From contig CBFDTJ010000036.1 in the NCBI GenBank assembly GCA_965612865.1, positions 1-14,339 of the forward strand: DNA of 14,339 nt. Reading direction: 5' to 3'. The translations under genes were made by a program, and so were the position numbers. Shown here piece by piece: positions 1-7,991 of this stretch. Numbering within the stretch: position 1 is the stretch's first letter; each line of letters begins with the position of its first letter. The stretch comes from an uncultured bacterium (GTDB taxonomy: Bacteria > Caldisericota > Caldisericia > B22-G15). The notes under the pieces were generated by a model. It ran no database searches. It saw only the letters and a program-made list of their open reading frames with translations, and had not been told where the DNA came from.

Positions 1-62
1 GGCGACCACCGAGATCTACACCTAATCCTTCGTCGGCAGCGTCAGATGTGTATAAGAGACAG
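1..62 (+). other. Illumina Nextera adapter contamination (partial P5 + i5 index + Read1 adapter + Tn5 mosaic end)
   Basis: 1-21 GGCGACCACCGAGATCTACAC is the 3' part of P5; 22-29 CTAATCCT is an 8-nt index; 30-43 is TCGTCGGCAGCGTC; 44-62 AGATGTGTATAAGAGACAG is the 19-bp mosaic end. Confidence 0.99.
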
Positions 63-1019
63 GATGATAGAGGAAGGCAAAGTTCCTCCCATCTTTCCAG
101 CCTCAACGATTATCTCAAAACACGGAAAGATTTCCTTGTCAAATGGATAGAATGATAGATTCTTATTAAATTTAAATCTCTTAAAGTCATTTTTGATTCT
201 ATCAGGATAGGTTAAAGCGTATTTAATTGGATATCTCATATCTGGATAAGAAAGAAGTGCAAAGACATGACCATCCACCATTTCTATCAAAGAGTGAATT
301 ATACTCTCTTTGTGAATTACAACATCAATTTTCTCAAAAGGAAAGTTGAAAAATAGATGTGCCTCTATAACTTCCATTCCTTTGTTAAAAAGTGTTGCTG
401 AGTCTATCGTTATCTTTTTTCCCATTCTCCATGTTGGGTGTTTCAGCGCATCTTCTGGTCTCACATTTACTAACTCATCCTGTTTTTTTCCAAAAAAAGC
501 ACCTCCCGATGCTGTAAGTATAATTTTCTCCACCTCTTTTCTCTTTTTGTTCTCGAGAAGCTGGAATATTGCTGAATGCTCTGAATCAATAGGAATAAGA
601 GTCTCTCCTTTCTTCTTCAGTTCATTTACTATAAGTTCGCCTCCACCAACAAAGGATTCTTTATTAGAGATAAAAACTCTTTTTCCGTGTTTTATGGATA
701 GAATAATCCACTTTATGTCATCAATTCCGCTGGAAGAGAAAAAAATGGTGTCTATTTCTTTATTTGAAAGAATTTCTTCAAAGCCTTCTTCAAAAGAAAG
801 AGTTTTTGCTTCTGTATTTTCTTTGAGAATATCTATTTTCTCTTTGTCTCTAATTAAAATATATTCTGGTTTAAATTCTTTCCATATTTTAATTAACCCT
901 TCTGTGTTTCTTCTCGCTGAAATGCCAGAAAGTCTGTATCTATCCTTTAGATTCTTTAATACATCAATGGTTTGAGTTCCAATTGATCCAGTTGCGCCTA
1001 CAATAAAAATGTTTCTCAT
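63..1019 (-). CDS. dxr: 1-deoxy-D-xylulose 5-phosphate reductoisomerase, 3'-truncated by the adapter (ORF track 42..1019 includes an adapter-derived LSLIHI-stop)
   Basis: GATGSIG NADPH motif, NKES, PIDSEHSAIFQ, LTASGG, HPTWRMGKKITIDSAT and NKGMEVIEA motifs; usual position after cdsA. Confidence 0.97.
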
Positions 1020-1768
1020 AATAGATAAAATAACACAGGTATGGTAAATATAAAACTATCAATTCTATCCATGATACCGCCATGACCCATAATTATGTTT
1101 CCAGAATCCTTTACATTGAATTTTCTTTTTATAAGGGATTCAAATATATCACCAAGGAAGGAAAGAGAGACTATAATAACGGATATAAGGAGAGATTTTA
1201 GAGGAGAAAAGAAACCAAATATAAAGGAAGAAGAAAGAAGAAATATGGAAACCACAATCAAACTTCCTATAAGACCTTCATAACTTTTACCAGGTGAGAT
1301 TCCTGGAACAATTCTTCTCTTTCCAAATTTCTTACCCAAAAAGTATGCAGAAACATCATCAATCCATATCGATATAAGAATTATAAGAGAGATATAAAAC
1401 CCCTTCTCTTCTCTAATCATATAAAAGAAGGAGAGTGGAATCGATGCTATAACCATAAATGTAAACGGATATAATATATTTCTTTCCAGAAATTCTTTCT
1501 CTTTTTTATCTACCAAAAACAGAATGAATGTGTAGAGGAGTAATAAGATTAAAGAGAGATCTTTTCTTATGAAAAATGGGATAAGTACAGAAGGTAGGTA
1601 GAAAAAATTTTTATTTTCAGAGATAGTCAAAAGTTCATACAAAGATATTATAGATAGAAGCAAAAGAAAAAATAAAAAGTAATATTTCCCAAGATAAAGG
1701 AAAACAAGGAAAGGAATGCCAAAGTATGCTGCTCCTATAATTCTTATTTTTGTTTCAGATAGCGCCAA
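1016..1768 (-). CDS. cdsA: Phosphatidate cytidylyltransferase (CDP-diacylglycerol synthase)
   Basis: Polytopic membrane protein with ISPGKSYEG, GDIFESLIKR and VKDSGNIIMGHGGIMDRIDS motifs. Start revised from 1870 to TTG at 1768 (MALSETKIRI), which has AGGAGG at 1779-1784 upstream; 4-bp overlap with dxr. Confidence 0.95.
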   Translation of the reverse strand: MALSETKIRIIGAAYFGIPFLVFLYLGKYYFLFFLLLLSIISLYELLTISENKNFFYLPSVLIPFFIRKDLSLILLLLYTFILFLVDKKEKEFLERNILYPFTFMVIASIPLSFFYMIREEKGFYISLIILISIWIDDVSAYFLGKKFGKRRIVPGISPGKSYEGLIGSLIVVSIFLLSSSFIFGFFSPLKSLLISVIIVSLSFLGDIFESLIKRKFNVKDSGNIIMGHGGIMDRIDSFIFTIPVLFYLL

Positions 1769-2447
1769 ACTTTCTTTTCCTCCTTTCATACTCTTTAAGA
1801 GCTTTCTCAAATTCAGATTCATCAAAATCAGGCCACAGGGTCTCTGTGAAGTATAATTCTGTGTAAGCAAGTTGATATAAGAAGAAGTTGGATATTCTCT
1901 TCTCTCCTGAAGTTCTAATCAAAAGATCTGGATCTTGGAAGGGAAATGTAAGGAGATATTTTCCAAACTCCTCTTCATCTATTTTTTCTTTTTTTTCTTT
2001 AATGATTCTATTAACAGCCTGAACTATATCGTATCTTCCACCATAGTTTAAAGCAATAAGGAGATTCATCTTCTCATTTTCTTTAGAAAGATTTTCTGCC
2101 CTTTCCATTCTCTCAAGAACAAAATCAGGAATCCCCTCTCTCTTTGATAAAAATTTTATTCTTATTCCCCTCTCTATTAATTCATCAAACTCTCTATCTA
2201 TTGTTTCTTTAAAAAGATTCATAAGGAACATCACTTCTTCCCTTGGTCTTTTCCAGTTTTCTGTTGAGAAGGAAAAAAGGGAAAGTGTCTTTATTCCTTT
2301 TTTGTAAGCAAACTCAACAGATCTCCTTACAGCCTTTACTCCCTCTCTATGGCCAAAAACTCTCGGGAGACCTCGCTTTCTTGCCCATCTTCCGTTACCG
2401 TCCATTATTATGGCGACATGTTGCGGTATTTTATATTTCTCTTTCAA
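1755..2447 (-). CDS. uppS: Undecaprenyl (cis-prenyl) diphosphate synthase
   Basis: PQHVAIIMDGNGRWA, FSFSTENWKRP, ALNYGGR, DLLIRTSGEKRISNF and LWPDF motifs; TTG start inside the ferredoxin 3' end with GGAG upstream. Confidence 0.97.
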   Translation of the reverse strand: MKEKYKIPQHVAIIMDGNGRWARKRGLPRVFGHREGVKAVRRSVEFAYKKGIKTLSLFSFSTENWKRPREEVMFLMNLFKETIDREFDELIERGIRIKFLSKREGIPDFVLERMERAENLSKENEKMNLLIALNYGGRYDIVQAVNRIIKEKKEKIDEEEFGKYLLTFPFQDPDLLIRTSGEKRISNFFLYQLAYTELYFTETLWPDFDESEFEKALKEYERRKRKFGAI

Positions 2448-2613
2448 TTATTGCTCCCTCTGGACATTCTTTTATACATATTCCACAGTATATACATCTG
2501 TTCAAATTTACTTGGAAGCTATCATCTCTTTCAATTATTGCTTCAACTGGACAATTCTTCAAACATTCCCTGCATTTATTACATTTGTCCTTCAGTATTT
2601 CTATTATGTACAC
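2431..2613 (-). CDS. 2[4Fe-4S] dicluster ferredoxin, 60 aa
   Basis: Two CxxCxxCxxxCP motifs (CNKCRECLKNCP and CIYCGICIKECP); GTG start 3 bp after the frr stop; overlaps the uppS start by 17 bp. Confidence 0.92.
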   Translation of the reverse strand: MYIIEILKDKCNKCRECLKNCPVEAIIERDDSFQVNLNRCIYCGICIKECPEGAIIEREI

Positions 2614-2616
2614 CCT

Positions 2617-3168
2617 TTATCCTAGAATATCCTTTTCCTTTGCTTTTTCGTGCTTTGATAAAATTTCGTTGTATTTATCCGTTAATTTCTGAATTTCCTC
2701 TTGATATCTATGACTCTCATCTTCAGAAATTTTCTTATCTTTTTCTGCCTTTCTTATCTCTTCTATTGCATCCCTTCTTATATTTCTTATAGATATTCTT
2801 CTCTCTTCGGTGAGTTTTTTTACAAGCTTCACAAGTTCCTGTCTTCTCTCTTCAGACAGAGGGGGAAAGAAAATTTTTATTATGTTTCCCTCCAGTTGAG
2901 GATTTAATCCAAGGTTTGCCTGTTGTATTGCTTTTTCCACATCCTTAATGATATTTTTATCCCAGGGTTCTACAATGACAGTTTGGGGATTTACAACGCT
3001 TATGCTTGCAACCTGATTTAAGGGAACATGTTGTCCATAGTACTCAACCCTTACCTCTTCAAGAATTACGGGATTTGCTTTGCCAAGCCTTATTTTGGCA
3101 AATTCCTCAAGAAGGTTTTTCTCCACCTTTTTCATTCTTCTCTCTGTTTCTTTTATAAGCTCTTTCAT
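2617..3168 (-). CDS. frr: Ribosome recycling factor
   Basis: IRLGKANP, VEYYG, PLNQVA, PPLSEERR and IRNIRRDA motifs; GGAGG RBS; synteny with pyrH. Confidence 0.98.
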   Translation of the reverse strand: MKELIKETERRMKKVEKNLLEEFAKIRLGKANPVILEEVRVEYYGQHVPLNQVASISVVNPQTVIVEPWDKNIIKDVEKAIQQANLGLNPQLEGNIIKIFFPPLSEERRQELVKLVKKLTEERRISIRNIRRDAIEEIRKAEKDKKISEDESHRYQEEIQKLTDKYNEILSKHEKAKEKDILG

Positions 3169-3170
3169 TT

Positions 3171-3878
3171 TTAACCTCCCTTTATAATTGTTCCTTCTTT
3201 TTCAAACACAGCCTTATAAATTGAATCAGGTTTTTTAATGTTAAAAACAATAACTGGAATTTTGCTATCCCTTGATAGGGAAATTGCAGTGGGATCGAGT
3301 GCTCTTAAGTTTCTTGCAAGAAATTCTGTGAATGTTATTTCTTTTAATAGTTTCGCTTCCTTGTGTTTATGAGGATCCTCTGAGTATACACCATCCACAT
3401 TTGTTGCTTTAAGAATTACCTCTGCTCCAATTTCTGCTGCTCTTAAAGCAGCTGCTGTGTCTGTTGTAAAGAAGGGATTCCCTGTCCCTGCTGCAAATAT
3501 TACAACTCTCCCTTTCTCAAGGTGTCTTATAGCTTTTCTTCTTATATAAGGTTCACAAACTTCCATTATATTTATTGCAGATTGAACTCTTACAACAAGT
3601 CCCATCTTCTCAAGTACTGACTGAAGCGCCAGTGCATTCATTACAGTAGCAAGCATCCCTATATAATCAGCAGTTGATCTATCCATACCCATTTTTTCCC
3701 ACTCGCTACCTCTCCATATGTTTCCACCCCCTATAACAATGGCAACTTGAACCCTCCTCCCCGTAAGTTTCTTAATCTGTTCTCCAATATACTCAAGAAA
3801 CTTTAAATCTACGCCAAACTTTTTTTCTCCTAAGAGTGATTCCCCTGATATTTTAAGAAGTATCCTCTTGTACGACAT
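3171..3878 (-). CDS. pyrH: UMP kinase
   Basis: YKRILLKISGE, VIGGGNIWRG, DYIGMLAT, GTGNPFFTTDTAAALRA and VDGVYSEDP motifs. Confidence 0.98.
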   Translation of the reverse strand: MSYKRILLKISGESLLGEKKFGVDLKFLEYIGEQIKKLTGRRVQVAIVIGGGNIWRGSEWEKMGMDRSTADYIGMLATVMNALALQSVLEKMGLVVRVQSAINIMEVCEPYIRRKAIRHLEKGRVVIFAAGTGNPFFTTDTAAALRAAEIGAEVILKATNVDGVYSEDPHKHKEAKLLKEITFTEFLARNLRALDPTAISLSRDSKIPVIVFNIKKPDSIYKAVFEKEGTIIKGG

Positions 3879-3881
3879 AGA

Positions 3882-4478
3882 TTACTCTTCTCCAATTTGA
3901 AACCTTACAAATCTTTTTATCACTATATTTTCTCCAAGTTTGGAAATGTACTCTTTTATAAGATCCTGAACTTTTATCTTTTCGTCCCTTATATAGGGAA
4001 GTTCAAGAAGGCAGTGCTTTGCATAGAAGTCATTGAGCTTTCCTTCTATTATCTTCTCAATTATGTGAGGTGGTTTATTCATCTCCTTAAGTTGCTCTCT
4101 AATTATCTCTTTCTCTTTTTCAATTATCTCCTGAGGTACATCCTCTCTACTTATATATTCCGGTGCATCAAAGGCAATTTGAAGACACAGTTCATTTGCC
4201 AGTTTTTTAAAATCCTCTGTTCTTGCAACAAAATCTGTCTCACAGTTTAATTCAACCATCACTCCAATTTTACCGCCAAGATGGATGTATGAATGAACTA
4301 TTCCCTCTTTGGCTTCTCTACCCATCTTCTTTTCGGCCCTTGCAAGCCCTTTTTTTCTTAAATACTCAATAGCTTTCTCTATATCTCCACCGGTTTCTAC
4401 GAGAGCTTCCTTACAATGAGAAACTCCTGCTCCGGTTTTTTCCCTTAATTCTTTAATTAGATCCATACTAATCTTCAT
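3882..4478 (-). CDS. tsf: Translation elongation factor Ts (short, 198-aa type)
   Basis: IKELREKTGAG, ELNCETDFVAR and KRFVRFQIGE motifs; overlaps the rpsB stop by 11 bp. Confidence 0.98.
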   Translation of the reverse strand: MKISMDLIKELREKTGAGVSHCKEALVETGGDIEKAIEYLRKKGLARAEKKMGREAKEGIVHSYIHLGGKIGVMVELNCETDFVARTEDFKKLANELCLQIAFDAPEYISREDVPQEIIEKEKEIIREQLKEMNKPPHIIEKIIEGKLNDFYAKHCLLELPYIRDEKIKVQDLIKEYISKLGENIVIKRFVRFQIGEE

Positions 4479-5352
4479 TCTTCTCCTCCTTTATCTCTTC
4501 TTTATTGTTTTCTTCTTCAGGTGTCTCACTCTTTTCTTCTTCAGATGCTTCACTCTTTTCCTCTTTACTCTCTTCTTCTTTTCCCTCTTCCATAAATTCC
4601 TTTATCTCTTCTTCACTTGTAAGGAACATTTCCTCTACTTCTTCCTCGGGTTTCTTTTCCTCTTCTATAATCTTTCCTTCTCTTCCTTCTATTACTGCAT
4701 CTGCAATAGCGCCTGTTATAAGCCTTATGGCTCTTATTGCATCATCATTGGAAGGAATTGGAATATCTGCATCATCAGGATCACAGTTTGTATCAACCAT
4801 CGCTATAACTGTAACACCTTTTTTTCTTGCTTCAAGTATTGCGTTTCTGTCCTTCTTTGTATCTGTTACAAATATTGCTCTTGGTATTTTTGTTATTCCT
4901 CTCAGACCTCCAAAGAATCTTAAAAGTTTTCTCTTCTCTCTTCTCAGTTTTTTTGCCTCTTTAAGAGGAAGTTTATCTATATCCCCTCTCTCATCCATTC
5001 TTATTAGTTCTTCAAGTCTATCGATTCTTTTTCTAATTTCAGGAAAGTTTGTGAGAAGTCCTCCTACCCATCTTTGGTTCACATAGTACATTCCGCATCT
5101 CTCTGCTTCTTCTTTTACTATATCCTGAGCCTGTTTTTTTGTTCCAACAAAAATAATTATCTCACCTTCTCTTACAATATTAGAAACATATTCACATGCT
5201 CTTTCTATTGCTTCAAGGGTATACCTTAGATCAAAGATGTGAATCCCATTTCTTTCCATAAATATGTACTTTTTCATTTTGGGATTCCATCTTTTGGTTT
5301 GATGACCAAAATGTGCTCCTACTTCGAGGAGTTGTTTCATGGTTACTTGCAT
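4468..5352 (-). CDS. rpsB: 30S ribosomal protein S2 with acidic C-terminal extension
   Basis: GAHFGHQTKRWNPKM, FVGTKKQA, RWVGGLLTNF, DTNCDP and PSNDDAIRAI motifs; AAGGAGGT RBS. Confidence 0.99.
   Translation of the reverse strand: MQVTMKQLLEVGAHFGHQTKRWNPKMKKYIFMERNGIHIFDLRYTLEAIERACEYVSNIVREGEIIIFVGTKKQAQDIVKEEAERCGMYYVNQRWVGGLLTNFPEIRKRIDRLEELIRMDERGDIDKLPLKEAKKLRREKRKLLRFFGGLRGITKIPRAIFVTDTKKDRNAILEARKKGVTVIAMVDTNCDPDDADIPIPSNDDAIRAIRLITGAIADAVIEGREGKIIEEEKKPEEEVEEMFLTSEEEIKEFMEEGKEEESKEEKSEASEEEKSETPEEENNKEEIKEEKNED
4510..4557. repeat. Tandem 2 x 24-bp repeat in the S2 acidic tail (EEKSEASE/EEKSETPE)
   Basis: ttcttcttcaggtgtctcactctt followed by ttcttcttcagatgcttcactctt, 21/24 identical. 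Confidence 0.75.
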
Positions 5353-5364
5353 CTTTCTACCTCC

Positions 5365-5447
5365 TTTAGGTTTTTCCTCCGTCCCTTCATCTTTTCTTCA
5401 GACTTCCACATTGGAAGCACCTTGAAGAAAATCCAGGACGTGTGGTT
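5365..5447 (-). ncRNA. rpsB (S2) leader, cis-regulatory RNA
   Basis: Minus-strand 5' UTR with nested stems CGUCC/GGACG, UUUCUUCA/UGAAGAAA and CUUCCA/UGGAAG, plus CACAC, GGUGC and CGGAGG..AACC elements typical of rpsB leaders; lies between the promoter and the RBS. Confidence 0.8.
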
Positions 5448-5455
5448 TCCATCTC

Positions 5456-5484
5456 TTTATATCATAAAAACAGGGTTGGGTCAA
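5456..5484 (-). promoter_or_regulatory. Sigma70-type promoter of the rpsB-tsf operon
   Basis: TTGACC (5484-5479), 17-bp spacer, TGnTATAAA extended -10 (hexamer 5461-5456). Confidence 0.75.
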
Positions 5485-5492
5485 ATTTTATG

Positions 5493-6818
5493 TTATTTCC
5501 ACACTCTTTTAGATTTGAATATTTCTTGGAAATAACCCAAAACAGAAATTGGGGAGTGAATTATTTGATAGAACAAGAGAAACATAAAATATCCAATCTT
5601 GTTTCTTCTTATGGTTAAGTTAAGGATTCTGAAAGTTTCCTTCTGCTGGTAATACATTATGATGGAAAAAACAAAATTTAGAGGTATAACAAGTAGTGTG
5701 TATGGACCTGCAATATAAAATTTTCCAAATAGAGCAAGTATTACTCCTGGAATCCAGACAAAGGTAAAGACAGTATCTATTATGGGGATTAGTATATCTA
5801 TCGCGGTAAGATAAGAGATTAGATAGAATGGCTGTTTCCATGGGGGAGCTGATCTTAATCCTTCAAATAATCCTCTTGCCCATCTTGATCTCTGCTTTAC
5901 AAACTGTTTAAGCTTTTGGGGTACGTCCGTAAATGCAGCAGCAAGGGGCTCAAAATATACTTTATAACCATTTTTAAAGAAATTCCATGTGAGCACTATA
6001 TCTTCACCAATAGCATTTGGCCATCCACCTACTTCTCTTACAACTTCAGTCTTGTAGAGACTGAAGGCTCCTTGAGCCACAAGTGTTCCCTGATATAAAG
6101 CCTGAATCTTTTTAATTGAAGTGATTCCTAAGAAATAATCCCATTCCTGAAGTTTTGATAAAAGATTTTTTCTACTGTTTCTCACAAGAACATGACCTGC
6201 AACTGCACAAACGTCTTCTCTTGAGTTTTTTATTCTCGTTACTATATTTTTAATAGCGTCACCATGTAATAAAGTATCAGCATCAAGGGTTATAAATAAA
6301 GGAGTTTTTATGTGTTTTAATCCTTTGTTCAGGGCATTACTTTTCCCTTTCTTTTTCTCCTCAAGAATTGAAATGTCAAGATTTAAGTTTTTTGCTGCAA
6401 TTCTGGCTACTTCTATGGTTTTATCTGTTGAATTGTTGTCTACAAGAATAACATTTATTTTTCCTCTGTAGTTCTGTTTCTTTATGTATTTTAAAGTCTC
6501 TTCTATTCTTTCCTCTTCATTTCTTGCAGCTATTAATATTGTAATTGGATCGTTCGGGTTTTTATTTCTTAATTTTGGTTGTCTGTCAAGAAGAAGACTT
6601 ACTGAGACAAAGGCAACCAGGAATCCAGGAGCAAAAGCTACAAATGTTATGATAAGCAGGGCAGGAATAAACCCTATGAACTCACTTAAATTGTATAGCC
6701 ATGGCCGAGCAACTATAATTGAAAATATCACCCAGAGGGATGAGATAGCAATGGAAATCCAGAATTTAACCATGACGGGGATATAAAGTTTCTTTCTTTT
6801 TAAAATTGATACTGCCAT
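5493..6818 (-). CDS. Processive family 2 glycosyltransferase, IcaA/PgaC-like membrane polysaccharide synthase
   Basis: DNNSTD, GKSNALN, TLDAD (DxD), GED and QRSRW (QxxRW) motifs; two N-terminal and about three C-terminal hydrophobic segments; GGGAG RBS. Confidence 0.88.
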   Translation of the reverse strand: MAVSILKRKKLYIPVMVKFWISIAISSLWVIFSIIVARPWLYNLSEFIGFIPALLIITFVAFAPGFLVAFVSVSLLLDRQPKLRNKNPNDPITILIAARNEEERIEETLKYIKKQNYRGKINVILVDNNSTDKTIEVARIAAKNLNLDISILEEKKKGKSNALNKGLKHIKTPLFITLDADTLLHGDAIKNIVTRIKNSREDVCAVAGHVLVRNSRKNLLSKLQEWDYFLGITSIKKIQALYQGTLVAQGAFSLYKTEVVREVGGWPNAIGEDIVLTWNFFKNGYKVYFEPLAAAFTDVPQKLKQFVKQRSRWARGLFEGLRSAPPWKQPFYLISYLTAIDILIPIIDTVFTFVWIPGVILALFGKFYIAGPYTLLVIPLNFVFSIIMYYQQKETFRILNLTIRRNKIGYFMFLLFYQIIHSPISVLGYFQEIFKSKRVWK

Positions 6819-6847
6819 TAAACTCCCTTTCTTACTTTAGTGTGCGA

Positions 6848-6875
6848 AGTATATCATAAATTGAACTTTTGTCAA
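6848..6875 (-). promoter_or_regulatory. Sigma70-type promoter of the GT2 gene
   Basis: TTGACA (6875-6870), 16-bp spacer, TGnTATACT (hexamer 6853-6848), about 30 bp upstream of the ATG. Confidence 0.7.
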
Positions 6876-6947
6876 ATTTGTATGGAATTTAATTTTGTAA
6901 TTTTGAGGTTCAGGTGACGAAAGGGTGTGTTTCTAACAGAATCAAGA

Positions 6948-6989
6948 TATAATATAATAGAAAAATTTTTCATAAAATCTAAAAGGAGG
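6948..6989 (+). promoter_or_regulatory. Putative -10 box, palindrome and RBS of the permease-ZIP operon
   Basis: TATAAT at 6948 and 6953, palindrome GAAAAATTTTTC at 6960-6971, AGGAGG at 6984-6989; no strong -35. Confidence 0.45.
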
Positions 6990-6994
6990 AAGAT

Positions 6995-7480
6995 GTGAGT
7001 ACCTTAATATTTGGAATTTCATTTCTTGCTTTTGTTGCCTTCCTGTATTTTATATATCTTTTAAGGGATAAAAAGAAGTTAAAAAGAAGCGTAAACAAGG
7101 GAATAAAGACATTAATTAAAAATTCCATAAGGCTCTTTTCAATATTCTTAATAATAGGGATTTTAAAAGAGTTTTTATCCAAGGAGTCAGTTGGTAACTT
7201 TCTGTTGAATTTCCAGGGCTTTAAAGGCATACTTTCTGGATTTGTTGGCGCTGTCATGATGGGACCACCTGCTTCAGGCTATCCTATTGGAAAGTATCTA
7301 CTTGAAAATGGAGCAAGCTATTCCCTTGTTTCATCCTTTCTTGCCTCATGGGTTATGCTTGGAATAATAGCCGTTTCCTTAGAGTTTAAGTATCTTGGGG
7401 TAAAATTTGCTGTAGTAAGAAACATTTTCACTGTTTTTTCTATAATTGTTATATCTTTAATAATAGGGGTTGTTCTATGA
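6995..7480 (+). CDS. Small membrane permease, DUF318/ArsP-like half-size subunit A
   Basis: Hydrophobic 161 aa with GAVMMGPPASGYP and LEFKYLGVKFAVVRN motifs; GTG start after AGGAGG. Confidence 0.7.
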   Translation: MSTLIFGISFLAFVAFLYFIYLLRDKKKLKRSVNKGIKTLIKNSIRLFSIFLIIGILKEFLSKESVGNFLLNFQGFKGILSGFVGAVMMGPPASGYPIGKYLLENGASYSLVSSFLASWVMLGIIAVSLEFKYLGVKFAVVRNIFTVFSIIVISLIIGVVL

Positions 7481-7977
7481 AAAACATTAAAAGTTTCCTT
7501 AATGAGTATCCTTTGGAAACAATAATTTTAATTGTGGCCGTTGTCTTAATGATCCTGAATCCCAGTAAGACTCTTTTTGGTTTAGGCTATGCACTAAAAA
7601 CCTATTTAAATCTTCTCCCAATAATTATCTCTGTGGCATTCCTTATGGGTTTTATCTCAGAGTTTTTAAACAAGAAGACAGTATCCAAACTGGTGGGTAG
7701 AGAAACCGGCATTAAAGGTGTTATGATTGGAGCTATTTTTGGAACTTTTATGGTTGGTCCCAGTTTTCTCTTCTATCCTCTGTTCAAAGAATTAAGAGAA
7801 AGAGGTGCAGGTGTGAATGTCATTGCAACAACTATTGGAGCCTGGTCTATAAAATTGCAATGGCTCCCCTTTGCAATTCTCTTCCTGGGGTTAAAGTTTG
7901 TTCTCCTGTTTGATGTTCTAATACTCATATTTGCTATACTTTCAGGTTTTGTAGTCAGCTGGTTTGTAAAAAGTTAG
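7477..7977 (+). CDS. Small membrane permease, DUF318/ArsP-like half-size subunit B
   Basis: Hydrophobic 166 aa with VSKLVGRETGIKG, GTFMVGPSFLFYP and LRERGAG motifs, resembling the upstream ORF; ATGA overlap. Confidence 0.7.
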   Translation: MKNIKSFLNEYPLETIILIVAVVLMILNPSKTLFGLGYALKTYLNLLPIIISVAFLMGFISEFLNKKTVSKLVGRETGIKGVMIGAIFGTFMVGPSFLFYPLFKELRERGAGVNVIATTIGAWSIKLQWLPFAILFLGLKFVLLFDVLILIFAILSGFVVSWFVKS

Positions 7978-7991
7978 TGTAAAATAAAGTT

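Noticed and set aside
44..62. Tn5/IS50 end as a real mobile element
   Set aside because: It is the synthetic mosaic end joined to Illumina P5 and index sequence; no transposase is present.
1769..1870. N-terminal extension of CdsA in the ORF track
   Set aside because: It overlaps uppS by more than 100 bp; TTG at 1768 has an AGGAGG RBS and gives a normal length.
3882..4478. EF-Ts looks truncated at 198 aa
   Set aside because: A short EF-Ts type is well known (for example Thermus and Thermotoga) and both termini look intact.
6900..6947. GC-richer patch in the divergent intergenic region as a riboswitch
   Set aside because: No convincing stems or aptamer consensus, and it lies upstream of both predicted promoters.
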